Assembly (NCBI GenBank): GCA_023484085.1
Contig: JAMDAS010000002.1
Location: 536 to 64,535, forward strand
From: Candidatus Omnitrophota bacterium
Lineage (GTDB): Bacteria; Ratteibacteria; UBA8468; B48-G9; DTJG01
Reading direction: 5' to 3'
Length of the DNA: 64,000 nucleotides
Shown here one piece after another: positions 35,801 through 44,955 of this stretch. Within the stretch, counting starts at the first letter, position 1, and each line of letters begins with the position of its first letter. The notes below the pieces were generated by a model that saw only the letters and a program-made list of their open reading frames with translations, searched no databases and was not told the DNA's origin. Position numbers and translations under genes: made by a program.

Positions 35801-36731
35801 GTCCGTCATCTGTCAGGGAAACAATCTGATTTTCCTCATCCATAAGATAGTCATTGTCTTTGTTCAGCTTGCGGACAATCTTATCTATGTCATAATAAAG
35901 ACCTACGGATTCCTCGGAGGGACCTGAAATAATCAAGGGTGTGCGCGCCTCATCTATCAGGATACTGTCAACCTCATCAACAATTGCATAATTTAAATTT
36001 CTCTGGACAAGAGCGTCTTTGGTTATAGCCATGTTGTCCCTGAGATAATCAAAACCAAATTCACTTCCGACGCCATAGGTTATGTCACAGGTGTAAGCAT
36101 CCTTTCTTGAAACCGATCTCAGATTAAGGAACCGGGAATCCGCCGGCAGATACGCGGGGTCAAAGGTAAAAGCAGAAATACCCGGCTGCTCATTGAGCTG
36201 TGCATAAGATACAATACAACCCACTGAAAGGCCAAGATTATGATAAACCGGCCCCATCCACTGGGTATCCCTTTTGGCAAGATAATCATTGACGGTCACC
36301 AGGTGACAGCCTTCCCCGGTTAGGGCATTCAGATAAAGCGGGAGAGTGGCTACAAGGGTTTTCCCCTCACCTGTTGACATTTCACTAATGTTCCCATAAT
36401 GCAGGGCTATCCCCCCAAGAATCTGGACGTCAAAATGGCGCATGTTTATAAATCTTCTTGCAGATTCTCTTACGAGAGCATAGGCCTCAGGCAGGATATC
36501 ATCCGGGGTTTCTCCTTTGGAGAGCCTGTCTTTGAATTCCGCTGTTTTTCCTTTCATCTCATCAGGTGATAGACTTTTTACCTTTTTCTCCAGCTCATTA
36601 ATCCTCTGGAGAAAGACAATCATTTTCTCCATAAATGCATACCTGTCCCTGTTTAAAATCCTATTGATAAAAAGTTTTGTCCCGGGATTAAGTTTTCTTA
36701 AAGAAGAAAGAAGGGAATTATAATAATCCAT
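32898..36731 (-). CDS. secA: Preprotein translocase ATPase SecA with a very large K/E-rich insertion
   Basis: 1277 aa. Walker A [8 protein letters not shown], DEAD-like [59 protein letters not shown], and a C-terminal zinc motif [14 protein letters not shown]. Confidence 0.95.
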   Translation of the reverse strand: [1277 protein letters not shown]

Positions 36732-36753
36732 AAATTAAACGTACCTCCAGATT

Positions 36754-36825
36754 TGCCGGGGGACAGAATCGAACTGCCCACGCCAGCCTTTTCAGGGCTG
36801 CGCTCTACCACTGAGCTACCCCGGC
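36754..36825 (-). tRNA. tRNA-Phe (GAA)
   Basis: 72 nt on the minus strand. Acceptor GCCGGGG/CCCCGGC, D arm GCTCAGTGGTAGAGC, anticodon loop CTGAAAA, T arm GGCAG-TTCGATT-CTGTC. Confidence 0.9.
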
Positions 36826-36869
36826 TTTGAAATAAACCGGATTTATATTGTTTCTTAGTATATACCAAA

Positions 36870-37724
36870 CTAAATCTTTGTCAAAATCACATCACTGAGT
36901 TTTATCAATTGCTCAAGGTTTAGCTGATGACTTCTTAAAGACGGTTTTATCCCGGATTTTTCAAGTATAATCTTTATGTCCTGTTTTTTAATTTTCAAAA
37001 CATGGGCAAGAACGTTTTGTATTGTTTTTCTTCTATAAAGAAATATGGAAGGTATGATTTTCCAGAACGTTTCTTCGTCAGGTATGGGTACAGATGGCTT
37101 TTTTAAGGGTTTTATACAAAGAAAAACCGATTTGACGTCAGGTACAGGATAAAATACCTTTTTTCCTATTTTATAACAAACTTTTGTATCTGTATAAAGG
37201 GAAAATAAAACCGCCATCAGCCCGAAATCTTTTTCACCAGGTGCGGCAATAATCCTTTTTGAAACCTCTTCGGGTAAACTGACAAGAGCGGATTCCCAGT
37301 AATTCCTGAGTTTAAGGAGCTTGAAAAGAATTGGTGAGGCAACATAGTACGGAAGATTACCAATGATTTTAAGGTTTCCTTCAAAGTCTTTAAAAAAAGA
37401 TGCTTCTACATCCAAAAAATCCTGAATGATAATCCGGACATTTTCTTTTTCTGCAAATCTTTTTTTAAGAATGCCGGCAATATGCCGGTCTTTTTCAAAT
37501 CCATAAACCCTTCCTGCCTTTTCTGTAATGCTTTCCGTTAATTCTCCAAATCCCGGACCGATTTCAATAACCGTATCCGTAGAAGTCAACTCAGCAAAAC
37601 CGATTATCTTATCCCTGACATTTTTATCTATAAGAAAATGCTGGCCTAATATTTTATTGGGCTTTATACCTTCATTTTTCAATAATTCCTTAAGTTTGTT
37701 CAGAGTAAGAAATTCAGGTGTCAT
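36870..37724 (-). CDS. rsmA: 16S rRNA (adenine1518/1519-N6)-dimethyltransferase RsmA/KsgA
   Basis: LGQHFL motif and SAM site VIEIGPGFGELT, NLPYYVASPI. The start is taken at ATG 37724 (MTPEFL...); the ORF track extends to 37757 and would overlap hypF more deeply. Confidence 0.9.
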   Translation of the reverse strand: MTPEFLTLNKLKELLKNEGIKPNKILGQHFLIDKNVRDKIIGFAELTSTDTVIEIGPGFGELTESITEKAGRVYGFEKDRHIAGILKKRFAEKENVRIIIQDFLDVEASFFKDFEGNLKIIGNLPYYVASPILFKLLKLRNYWESALVSLPEEVSKRIIAAPGEKDFGLMAVLFSLYTDTKVCYKIGKKVFYPVPDVKSVFLCIKPLKKPSVPIPDEETFWKIIPSIFLYRRKTIQNVLAHVLKIKKQDIKIILEKSGIKPSLRSHQLNLEQLIKLSDVILTKI

Positions 37725-40032
37725 TTGATTTTTTTGATAAAGTGAAATTTTGGACATTAGCTATTATTAATTGTCCCAGGGATATTCCCCCATCATTTGC
37801 CGGGAAATTTTTATGAAAATATAAATTAAACCCTGAATTCCTGAATTCCATGATTATATACTTTAAAAGCAGGTTGTTTTGAAAGACCCCGCCTCCAAAA
37901 CAAATTTTTTTTATTCCTGTCTGTTTTTCTATTCTTTCGGATATTTTTTTTATACCTTTTGCCATTGCCATGTGAAATCCCAATCCTATGTCTTCCACCC
38001 TTTCCCTGTTTTTTATATCCTTGATAATTTTTTCAATTACAGGCCTATAGTCTAATATAAAAAGATTTTCTTTTTCCATAGTTCCAAACTCATATTTAAG
38101 CCTTTCTGTTCCTTTTTCACTTCTCATCTGCAGGGATATTGCGGCTTCACCTTCAAAGGTTGTTTCTTTTTTTATCCCGAGGATTGTGCTTACACCATCA
38201 AAAATTCTTCCACTTGAAGACGTGGCTGGACTGTTGATGCCTTTCTCTATGATTTTTATCACGGTATCAATGTCATACCCTTTTAAGCCGGACATAAATG
38301 GAAGAAAGGGGATGTCTCTGCCAAATGTTTCATATAAAAGAGAAAGCCCTGTTTTCCATACCTGTTTTATTGCCATCCCGCCTGTGGGAAGTAAAAACTG
38401 CAGGAAAGAACCTTTCCTTTCAAAGCAAGAATAATCACCCAATAAAAATTCCCCTCCCCATATCGTTCCATCCGTTCCGTATCCTGTTCCGTCAAAACAG
38501 ACCCCGATTACAGGTTCATTCTGCAGTTTGTTATCTATCATACAGGAAACCATATGGGCGTGATGATGCTGGACATGAACCAGTGGTATTTTTTCCTCTT
38601 TTGAAAGACTTTGCGCATACTGTGTGGAAAAATATCCCGGATGAAGGTCACAGACAATAATTCCAGGTTTTATTTCAAGGAACCGTTTGAAATACTGAAT
38701 GGTATTTTTATAGAAGGTAAATGCCTCTATATTATCAAGATCTCCAATATGCTGTGAAAGAAAAATCCCTCTTTCATTGCTTAAAGCGAAAGTGTTTTTC
38801 AGGTCAGAACCCGCAGCCAGAATTTTATTGATAGAGCTTTCTGTACTAAAAGGGAAGGGGACGTATCCTCTGCTTCTTCTGAGCATGGAATAGCCATAAG
38901 GTGTCCTGCTGATTACAGAATCATCCTCTCTCTGGTGAATATCCCTGTTATGAACCAAAAAACGGTTTGTCAGGATGTCAAGATTTTTTACAGCCTCGCT
39001 GTTTTCAGTAATTATCGGCTCTTCTTTAATGTTACCACTTGTTGCAATAATAATTTTTATTTTTTGGGAAAGCAGGAGATGATGTAAGCCGGTATAGGGA
39101 AGCATTATTCCAAGATAGTTGTTTCCAGGGGAAATATCCCGGCTTAAAAGGTGTGTATCTTTTTTGGGAAGAATAAGTATTGGACTTTCAATGCCGGTTA
39201 AAATTTTTTCATCTTCTCTGGTAAGACAGGCAATCTTTTTTGCTGTTTCTATGTCTTTTACCATGATGGCAAAAGGCTTATTGGAATCCCTTTTCCATTT
39301 TCTTAATGTTGAAACAGCTTTTCTATTTGCAGCATCACAGCATATGTGAAATCCCCCGATACCTTTTATGGCAATAATTTCCCCTTTTTCAAGAAGTTTT
39401 ATAGTATCAAAAATTGCATCTGTATTAACAGAAACCACTGAGGACTGATTATTATGGGTTTCAAAAAGCTGCAGCTGTGGACCGCATACAGGACAGCAGT
39501 TGGGCTGGGCATGATATCTCCTGTCTGAAACAGAATTATATTCTTTTTCACACCTGCTGCACATCGTGAATTTGCTCATTGTCGTATTTTGCCTGTCATA
39601 GGGAAGTTTTTTAACAATTGAAAATCTTGGTCCGCACTTGGTGCAGTTTGTAAATGGATAAAGGTATCTTCTGTTTTTTTTGTCAAAAATTTCCCCGCGA
39701 CATTTTTTACACGTGGCTATGTCCGGTGGTGGGAAGATAAATCCCTTTTCAAGTTCTTCACTCTTTCGTATTTCAAAACCGGAACATTTTTTTAATGGAA
39801 TTTTTTTTGTTTTGAAGGAAATAACATAAGAAAGTTTCGGGGGATTTGTTTTTAACCGGATCAAGAACTTTTTTATATTCTTGTTTTCACCATGTATTTC
39901 AATAATTACACCTTTTCTGCTGTTTAAAACATATCCTGTAAGAAAATTTTTTTTGGCAAGCCGGTATACGTAGGGCCTGAATCCTATTCCCTGAACCTGA
40001 CCTTCAATCGTAATTCTATAAGATTTTTTCAC
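37714..40032 (-). CDS. hypF: [NiFe]-hydrogenase maturation carbamoyltransferase HypF
   Basis: 772 aa. N-terminal acylphosphatase-like domain (VQGIGFRPYVYRLA), two CxxC-x18-CxxC zinc fingers, a YrdC-like domain, and a Kae1-like C-terminus (CFDGTGYGTDGTIWGGEF). Confidence 0.92.
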   Translation of the reverse strand: MKKSYRITIEGQVQGIGFRPYVYRLAKKNFLTGYVLNSRKGVIIEIHGENKNIKKFLIRLKTNPPKLSYVISFKTKKIPLKKCSGFEIRKSEELEKGFIFPPPDIATCKKCRGEIFDKKNRRYLYPFTNCTKCGPRFSIVKKLPYDRQNTTMSKFTMCSRCEKEYNSVSDRRYHAQPNCCPVCGPQLQLFETHNNQSSVVSVNTDAIFDTIKLLEKGEIIAIKGIGGFHICCDAANRKAVSTLRKWKRDSNKPFAIMVKDIETAKKIACLTREDEKILTGIESPILILPKKDTHLLSRDISPGNNYLGIMLPYTGLHHLLLSQKIKIIIATSGNIKEEPIITENSEAVKNLDILTNRFLVHNRDIHQREDDSVISRTPYGYSMLRRSRGYVPFPFSTESSINKILAAGSDLKNTFALSNERGIFLSQHIGDLDNIEAFTFYKNTIQYFKRFLEIKPGIIVCDLHPGYFSTQYAQSLSKEEKIPLVHVQHHHAHMVSCMIDNKLQNEPVIGVCFDGTGYGTDGTIWGGEFLLGDYSCFERKGSFLQFLLPTGGMAIKQVWKTGLSLLYETFGRDIPFLPFMSGLKGYDIDTVIKIIEKGINSPATSSSGRIFDGVSTILGIKKETTFEGEAAISLQMRSEKGTERLKYEFGTMEKENLFILDYRPVIEKIIKDIKNRERVEDIGLGFHMAMAKGIKKISERIEKQTGIKKICFGGGVFQNNLLLKYIIMEFRNSGFNLYFHKNFPANDGGISLGQLIIANVQNFTLSKKSNDT

Positions 40033-40077
40033 TTTCCGCCTTTACCGGCAAATAACAGGGGTCGGCTTGAAATCAAC

Positions 40078-41319
40078 TTATAACTTCCAGGAAGAGAGAT
40101 ATTCTGTCTGTTGGACAGTCAGGGTATCTATTTCTATGTTCAGGCTTTTTAATTTGAATTCTGCTATTTTTTTGTCTATCTCTTCAGGGACACTATAAAG
40201 TTTTGGAGCAAGTCCTTTGTTTTCCTTCAGATATTTGGATGCCATAAACTGATTTGAAAAGCTTAAATCCATTACGGAGGAAGGATGTCCTTCAGCACAG
40301 CCAAGATTTACAAGACGTCCTTCTGCAAGAAGATAAACTTTTCTATTATTCTTTAAAACGTACTCTGTAACCATGGGTCTGATGGAATTTTTTTCCCTTG
40401 AATTTTTTTCAAGATAATCCACATCAATTTCAACATTAAAATGTCCTGAATTGGCAATGATGGCTCCATCTTTTATTTTTGAAAGGACATTTGCTGAAAG
40501 AACGTCTTTATTCCCTGTGGATGTAACAAAAATATCACCAAATTCTGCGGCTTTTTCTATTGTCGTTACGTAAAAGCCATCCATAACCGCCTCAAGAGCC
40601 TTTACAGGGTCCACTTCAATAACAATAACTTTTGCCCCGAGACCCCTGAAGTTTTTTGATATACCCTTGCCGCACCATCCATATCCGCAGACAACAGCAT
40701 TTTTTCCTGCAATCAGAATGTTTGTGGCACGAAGAATGCCGTCAACTGTAGACTGGCCCGTCCCATACCTGTTATCAAAAAGATGTTTGGTCATTGCATC
40801 ATTTACGGCAATCACAGGAAAAGCAAGTTTTCCCTCTTTTTCAAGACTTTTTATTCTTGTTATTCCTGTTGTTGTTTCTTCAGTGGCTCCGAGTAGATTT
40901 TTAGATAATGAAAGATTCTGATGGAGATAGGCAATAAGGTCCGCGCCATCATCAATTACAATATCAGGCTTCTGCTCTGCAATGAATTTAACGCTATCAT
41001 TATATTCTGAAGAACTTTCCCCCTTTTTTGCAAATACCGGTATTCCATAATCTTTTACTAAACAGGCAGCAACTTCATCCTGGGTGCTTAAAGGATTTGA
41101 AGCAGTAAGAAATACCTTTGCCCCGCATTCTGAAAGTGCAATAACAAGATTTGCAGTTTCAGACGTTACATGAAGGCATGCGCCTATTTTTATTTCTGAA
41201 AAAAGATTTTTAGACTGGGTTTCTTTAAGAATGTTTAAAACAGGCATTTCTTTGCCCGCCCATAAAATTTTGTTTTTACCTTCCCTTGCAAGACCAATAT
41301 CTTTTATAAAATATTCCAT
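40078..41319 (-). CDS. ahcY: Adenosylhomocysteinase
   Basis: 413 aa. EETTTG motif, NAD-binding GYGWCGKG, NSGHFNVEID, LAEGRLVNLGCAEGHP. Confidence 0.95.
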   Translation of the reverse strand: MEYFIKDIGLAREGKNKILWAGKEMPVLNILKETQSKNLFSEIKIGACLHVTSETANLVIALSECGAKVFLTASNPLSTQDEVAACLVKDYGIPVFAKKGESSSEYNDSVKFIAEQKPDIVIDDGADLIAYLHQNLSLSKNLLGATEETTTGITRIKSLEKEGKLAFPVIAVNDAMTKHLFDNRYGTGQSTVDGILRATNILIAGKNAVVCGYGWCGKGISKNFRGLGAKVIVIEVDPVKALEAVMDGFYVTTIEKAAEFGDIFVTSTGNKDVLSANVLSKIKDGAIIANSGHFNVEIDVDYLEKNSREKNSIRPMVTEYVLKNNRKVYLLAEGRLVNLGCAEGHPSSVMDLSFSNQFMASKYLKENKGLAPKLYSVPEEIDKKIAEFKLKSLNIEIDTLTVQQTEYLSSWKL

Positions 41320-41354
41320 TATTTTTCCTCTCCTGTGTTATGAAAAGTTTCCTT

Positions 41355-41511
41355 GTAAATACTCAAGTAGAACGACGTTTGAAGTAAGTTTGGATTGTCT
41401 TTAAATCTTTATTTGAAGCATTTATCTTTATAAAGATATAAAGAGCAATCCAGAACTTATCTCTGAACATTTTCATTTCAATCACTGAGACGGGGTTCAG
41501 TGAATATTTAC
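41355..41511 (+). repeat. Long-palindrome intergenic repeat, copy 2
   Basis: 157 bp. It shares GTAAATACTCAAGTAGAACG..GTTTGAAGTAAGTTTGGATTGTCTTT ... AAGAGCAATCCAGAACTTAT ... CAGTGAATATTTAC with copies 1 and 3. The central stem carries a compensatory change (CTTTAT/ATAAAG versus CTTTGT/ACAAAG). Confidence 0.85.
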
Positions 41512-41546
41512 GTTTTCTTTATTATACCCTGATTTTTTTGATAATT

Positions 41547-42590
41547 CTATTTTTTCGCTAAAATCAGTGGAGATATACTTGGCGCCTCTTCCAATTTCTC
41601 TACTTTTTTAAATCCAGTGTCCATGAGTAATTTTTTTAATTCTGCAAAAGTAAAAATATCCCCCTCGCTTGTATTAACCAGCATATTCAGGGCAAATAAA
41701 AGAGGAACTGCGGGACCGGTCTTTTCATCGTTTGGAGTAAATTCAGCGATAAGAAGATGTCCCTGTGGTTTTAAGGCGGTCCAGGATTTTTTCAATAGTT
41801 TTGGTGTATTGGCTTTGCCTTCACTGTGGCAGATATGGCCGAGCGTTATAAGGTCATACTTCTCTTCCCCAAAATTCAGCTCCCTTAGGTTCCCTTCAAT
41901 ACATTCAGCCCTGCTATCTAATTTATACCGGCTGATGAAGTCTTTTGTAACTTTGCATACTTCCGGAAAATCCAATGCAGTCAGTTTTGCATTTTCAAAC
42001 TGCTGTGCAACACCTATGCCCCAGACACCCGAGCCCGCAGCCACATCTAATATACTGGATACATTGATATTCTTTTCTTTAAGGTATGTTCCGGCATATT
42101 TGGAAGCCTGGTAATTCATGTTAAAAAGTCCTTTTACCATTGAAGGGAAGAAATCCTCTGCTTTTTTCTGTACATCCACAGATTCATAAGGTTTGCCGGT
42201 TTTTACACATTCAGTAAGATGCCCCCAGTTTTCATGCAGATCCATCATGTGTTTGAGCATTCCTCCAAGAAAACCGGGTTTTTCAGAAACAAGAAATTCC
42301 GCAGTATCATCAGTCAATTGATACTGCCCGTTATTTTTTTTCAAAAGCTCCAGCCCCACAAGTGCATTAAGCAGCATTTCTGTTGCCCGTGGGTTAGTAT
42401 TTGCAGCAGAAGACACCTTTTCAGTGGTGTGGTTTCCTCTATATATATGCCCAAAAATATCAAGCTCAACTGCTGTTGTCAGGGTTCTTACTCTTGCAAA
42501 ATCCCATCCCATATCCAGTATTTTTCCCGGTGAAACACTTTCATGTCTTTTCTCTTTTTCCATGTCTTTTCTCCTTGTGTTTTTTTTCAT
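41547..42590 (-). CDS. Class I SAM-dependent O-methyltransferase (Methyltransf_2/COMT-like with N-terminal dimerisation/wHTH domain)
   Basis: SAM motif ILDVAAGSGVWG, acidic loop LDFP, and a C-terminal catalytic region. It is adjacent to ahcY. Confidence 0.75.
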   Translation of the reverse strand: MKKNTRRKDMEKEKRHESVSPGKILDMGWDFARVRTLTTAVELDIFGHIYRGNHTTEKVSSAANTNPRATEMLLNALVGLELLKKNNGQYQLTDDTAEFLVSEKPGFLGGMLKHMMDLHENWGHLTECVKTGKPYESVDVQKKAEDFFPSMVKGLFNMNYQASKYAGTYLKEKNINVSSILDVAAGSGVWGIGVAQQFENAKLTALDFPEVCKVTKDFISRYKLDSRAECIEGNLRELNFGEEKYDLITLGHICHSEGKANTPKLLKKSWTALKPQGHLLIAEFTPNDEKTGPAVPLLFALNMLVNTSEGDIFTFAELKKLLMDTGFKKVEKLEEAPSISPLILAKK

Positions 42591-42799
42591 ATACTTTGTA
42601 ATTTATCTTTTATAATATCATAATAATAATATTGATAAAAAATATATCAATAGAATGAATTGCTTACCATGGTACTAAGCCTATTGACAACAAAAACCTA
42701 TTTTTACCATTTTTTTAAAATCCTGTAATGGATATAACTCTTTTTAAATGTTAAAATTAAATTAGATAAATTTATTAAAACATAAAAAGTGACAAATAA

Positions 42800-44047
42800 A
42801 TGGTAAATGCAAAAATAATAATCGGGGACAGCAGAAAAATGCTCGAGGTTAAAAATGATAGTATAGATTTAGTCGTAACTTCGCCGCCATATTGGCATAT
42901 TAAAGATTATGGCGTTGGAGGTCAAATAGGATATGGCCAATCTTTACATGAGTATCTCAAAAGTTTATTTCTCGTCTGGAAAGAATGTTTCAGAACCCTA
43001 AAACCCGGAACAAGGTTATGCATAAATATAGGCGACCAATTTTTAAGAAGCATAATTTACGGAAGATATAAAATAGCCCCGCTTCATTCCGAATTTATAA
43101 CCCAATGTGAAAAAATCGGTTTTGATTATATGGGTTCAATAATTTGGCAGAAGAAAACAACAATGAACACTACAGGTGGAGCGAGTATAATGGGTTCCTA
43201 TCCCTATCCGCCCAATGGATTAGTGGAAATAGACTATGAATTTATTTTAATTTTCAAAAAGCCGGGAAAAACCATGTTTTCTAAGGAATCGAAAGAAAAG
43301 TCAAAATTAACCAAGGAGGAATGGAAAGAATATTTTTCCGGACACTGGAATTTTAATGGAGAAAGACAAGCCGGACATGAAGCAATGTTTCCGGAAGAAT
43401 TACCAAAAAGACTAATTAAAATGTTCACGTTTGTCGGAGATACTGTATTGGACCCATTTTTGGGAAGCGGCACTACCCTTAAATCCGCTATAAATTTGGG
43501 CCGAAACTCTATAGGATATGAAATAAATGATGAATTCCTGTCCATGATAAAAAATAAAATTGAACTAAATGGAACTTTGTTTGCTTTAAATCATCAAGTA
43601 GAAATCCTGAAACAAAATAAATCAATTTCAATAGAAAACGATATTGATTATATTCCCAATATCAAAGATGCAAAACCAGTTATCTCCCCGGATAAATTCA
43701 AATTTGATAAAGAAAGATTATACAAAGTAGTAAACATTTTAAACGAAAAAACCATTGAATTGGATACAGGCCTTAAAATAACATTTCTAGGCGTAAATAG
43801 TATTCCTCAGCAATCCAATAAGGCAATGAACTATCTTGAAGAATACGTTAGAGGGAAACAAGTATTCTTAAAATTTGATTCCTTATTCAAATCAACTACA
43901 AATGGAATACCTGCTTATGTATTCCTCAAAAATAAAATTTTCATCAATAAAGAGCTGATTAAACAAAAATTTGCAAATATTCCGGACTATAACTTTAAAT
44001 ACAAAGATACCTTTGAAAAACTAATGACAGGAACGACACATGGCTAA
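42800..44047 (+). CDS. DNA methyltransferase (SPPY motif, N4-cytosine/N6-adenine beta class) fused to a degenerate SNase-like C-terminal domain
   Basis: Motif IV VVTSPPYW near the N-terminus and motif I LDPFLGSGTT at about aa 217. Residues ~305-395 follow the thermonuclease fold pattern (ITFLGVNSIP..., GIPAYVFLKNKIFINKELIKQKFA), but the catalytic D/R/E residues are replaced. Confidence 0.8.
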   Translation: MVNAKIIIGDSRKMLEVKNDSIDLVVTSPPYWHIKDYGVGGQIGYGQSLHEYLKSLFLVWKECFRTLKPGTRLCINIGDQFLRSIIYGRYKIAPLHSEFITQCEKIGFDYMGSIIWQKKTTMNTTGGASIMGSYPYPPNGLVEIDYEFILIFKKPGKTMFSKESKEKSKLTKEEWKEYFSGHWNFNGERQAGHEAMFPEELPKRLIKMFTFVGDTVLDPFLGSGTTLKSAINLGRNSIGYEINDEFLSMIKNKIELNGTLFALNHQVEILKQNKSISIENDIDYIPNIKDAKPVISPDKFKFDKERLYKVVNILNEKTIELDTGLKITFLGVNSIPQQSNKAMNYLEEYVRGKQVFLKFDSLFKSTTNGIPAYVFLKNKIFINKELIKQKFANIPDYNFKYKDTFEKLMTGTTHG

Positions 44048-44672
44048 AGAATGGATTTTGAACAGTGCAACAAACAGATTTCAGATGAATTTCTCAAGAA
44101 ACGTCGGTAAAGTTTCAGAAGAAATAAGAAAATGCTCCCCGAAAAACATTAAAGACTGGGAAAGATACTATTATGCCAATGTTCGGGCCAAAAAACATCT
44201 TATAGACCTTGGAAGAAAATTATTTACAAAAATCACAGAAGTATTACAAGCAGAGATAGAAAGCGTAACAGAACAGGATTGCATAGACTTTATAATCAAT
44301 CTTGTCATCAAAAGAACTTTTGATGGATATGAAACAGAAAGAAAAACAATTTACGGCCAACTGCAGGAAATTCTCAATGTCAAGATTGAACCTGCACCTG
44401 ATGAATGGGACAGATTATATAACGTTGACTTTTTCATAAAAATTAAAGACAAATTTATAGGACTGCAAATCAAACCAGCAGGCGGAGTTTCTCATATTCC
44501 ACAGATTTGGCATGAAAGAACACAGCAAACCAAGACCCATGCAAAATTTACTGCAGAATATGGCGGAAAAGTCTTTTATGTTATATCCATAAAGGATGGA
44601 GATAAAAAGAGGATACACAACAAAGAAGTAATTGGAGAAATAAAAAAGGAAATTAAGAGATTACAGAGTTAA
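44040..44672 (+). CDS. Putative type II restriction endonuclease (cognate of the upstream MTase)
   Basis: 210 aa with an 8-nt overlap with the MTase. Candidate PD-(D/E)xK core YNVDFFIKIKDKFIGLQIKP. It may be MjaI-like, but I cannot verify this from memory. Confidence 0.55.
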   Translation: MAKEWILNSATNRFQMNFSRNVGKVSEEIRKCSPKNIKDWERYYYANVRAKKHLIDLGRKLFTKITEVLQAEIESVTEQDCIDFIINLVIKRTFDGYETERKTIYGQLQEILNVKIEPAPDEWDRLYNVDFFIKIKDKFIGLQIKPAGGVSHIPQIWHERTQQTKTHAKFTAEYGGKVFYVISIKDGDKKRIHNKEVIGEIKKEIKRLQS

Positions 44673-44681
44673 AAACTAATT

Positions 44682-44882
44682 ATGAACAATAATCAAAACG
44701 ATAAAATTGTATTTTCTGTTATTTTGGACGAACTGCAACAGGAAGCAGTCCGTTTAATTGGGCGAGAATTAAATGAATTTGAAATATACACAGCAATAAA
44801 GGGAATTGAATCCGGTCTGTCATTTGACATTGAAACCATATTTAAAACCGAAATTGAAGAATCTGTGAGTTGCAAAATGTAG
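44682..44882 (+). CDS. Hypothetical small acidic protein downstream of the R-M pair
   Basis: 66-aa ORF starting 9 nt after the REase stop. I recognise no motif. Confidence 0.35.
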   Translation: MNNNQNDKIVFSVILDELQQEAVRLIGRELNEFEIYTAIKGIESGLSFDIETIFKTEIEESVSCKM

Positions 44883-44955
44883 AAAATAATCCTCTTCAAT
44901 ATATTAAGAATATGTATTTATGATAAAATAATAGATTGAGAGATTAGTAAAATCT

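Noticed and set aside
42591-42799. Coding-strand polarity switch (all genes 30.1-42.6 kb are on minus, nearly all genes 42.8-64 kb on plus) across an AT-rich 209-bp gap, considered as a possible oriC.
   Set aside because: I could find no TTATCCACA-like boxes in the gap. The adjacent DNA is an R-M islet, and genes 20.9-30.1 kb are again on plus. This needs GC-skew analysis, which I cannot run, so it is not reported as a finding.
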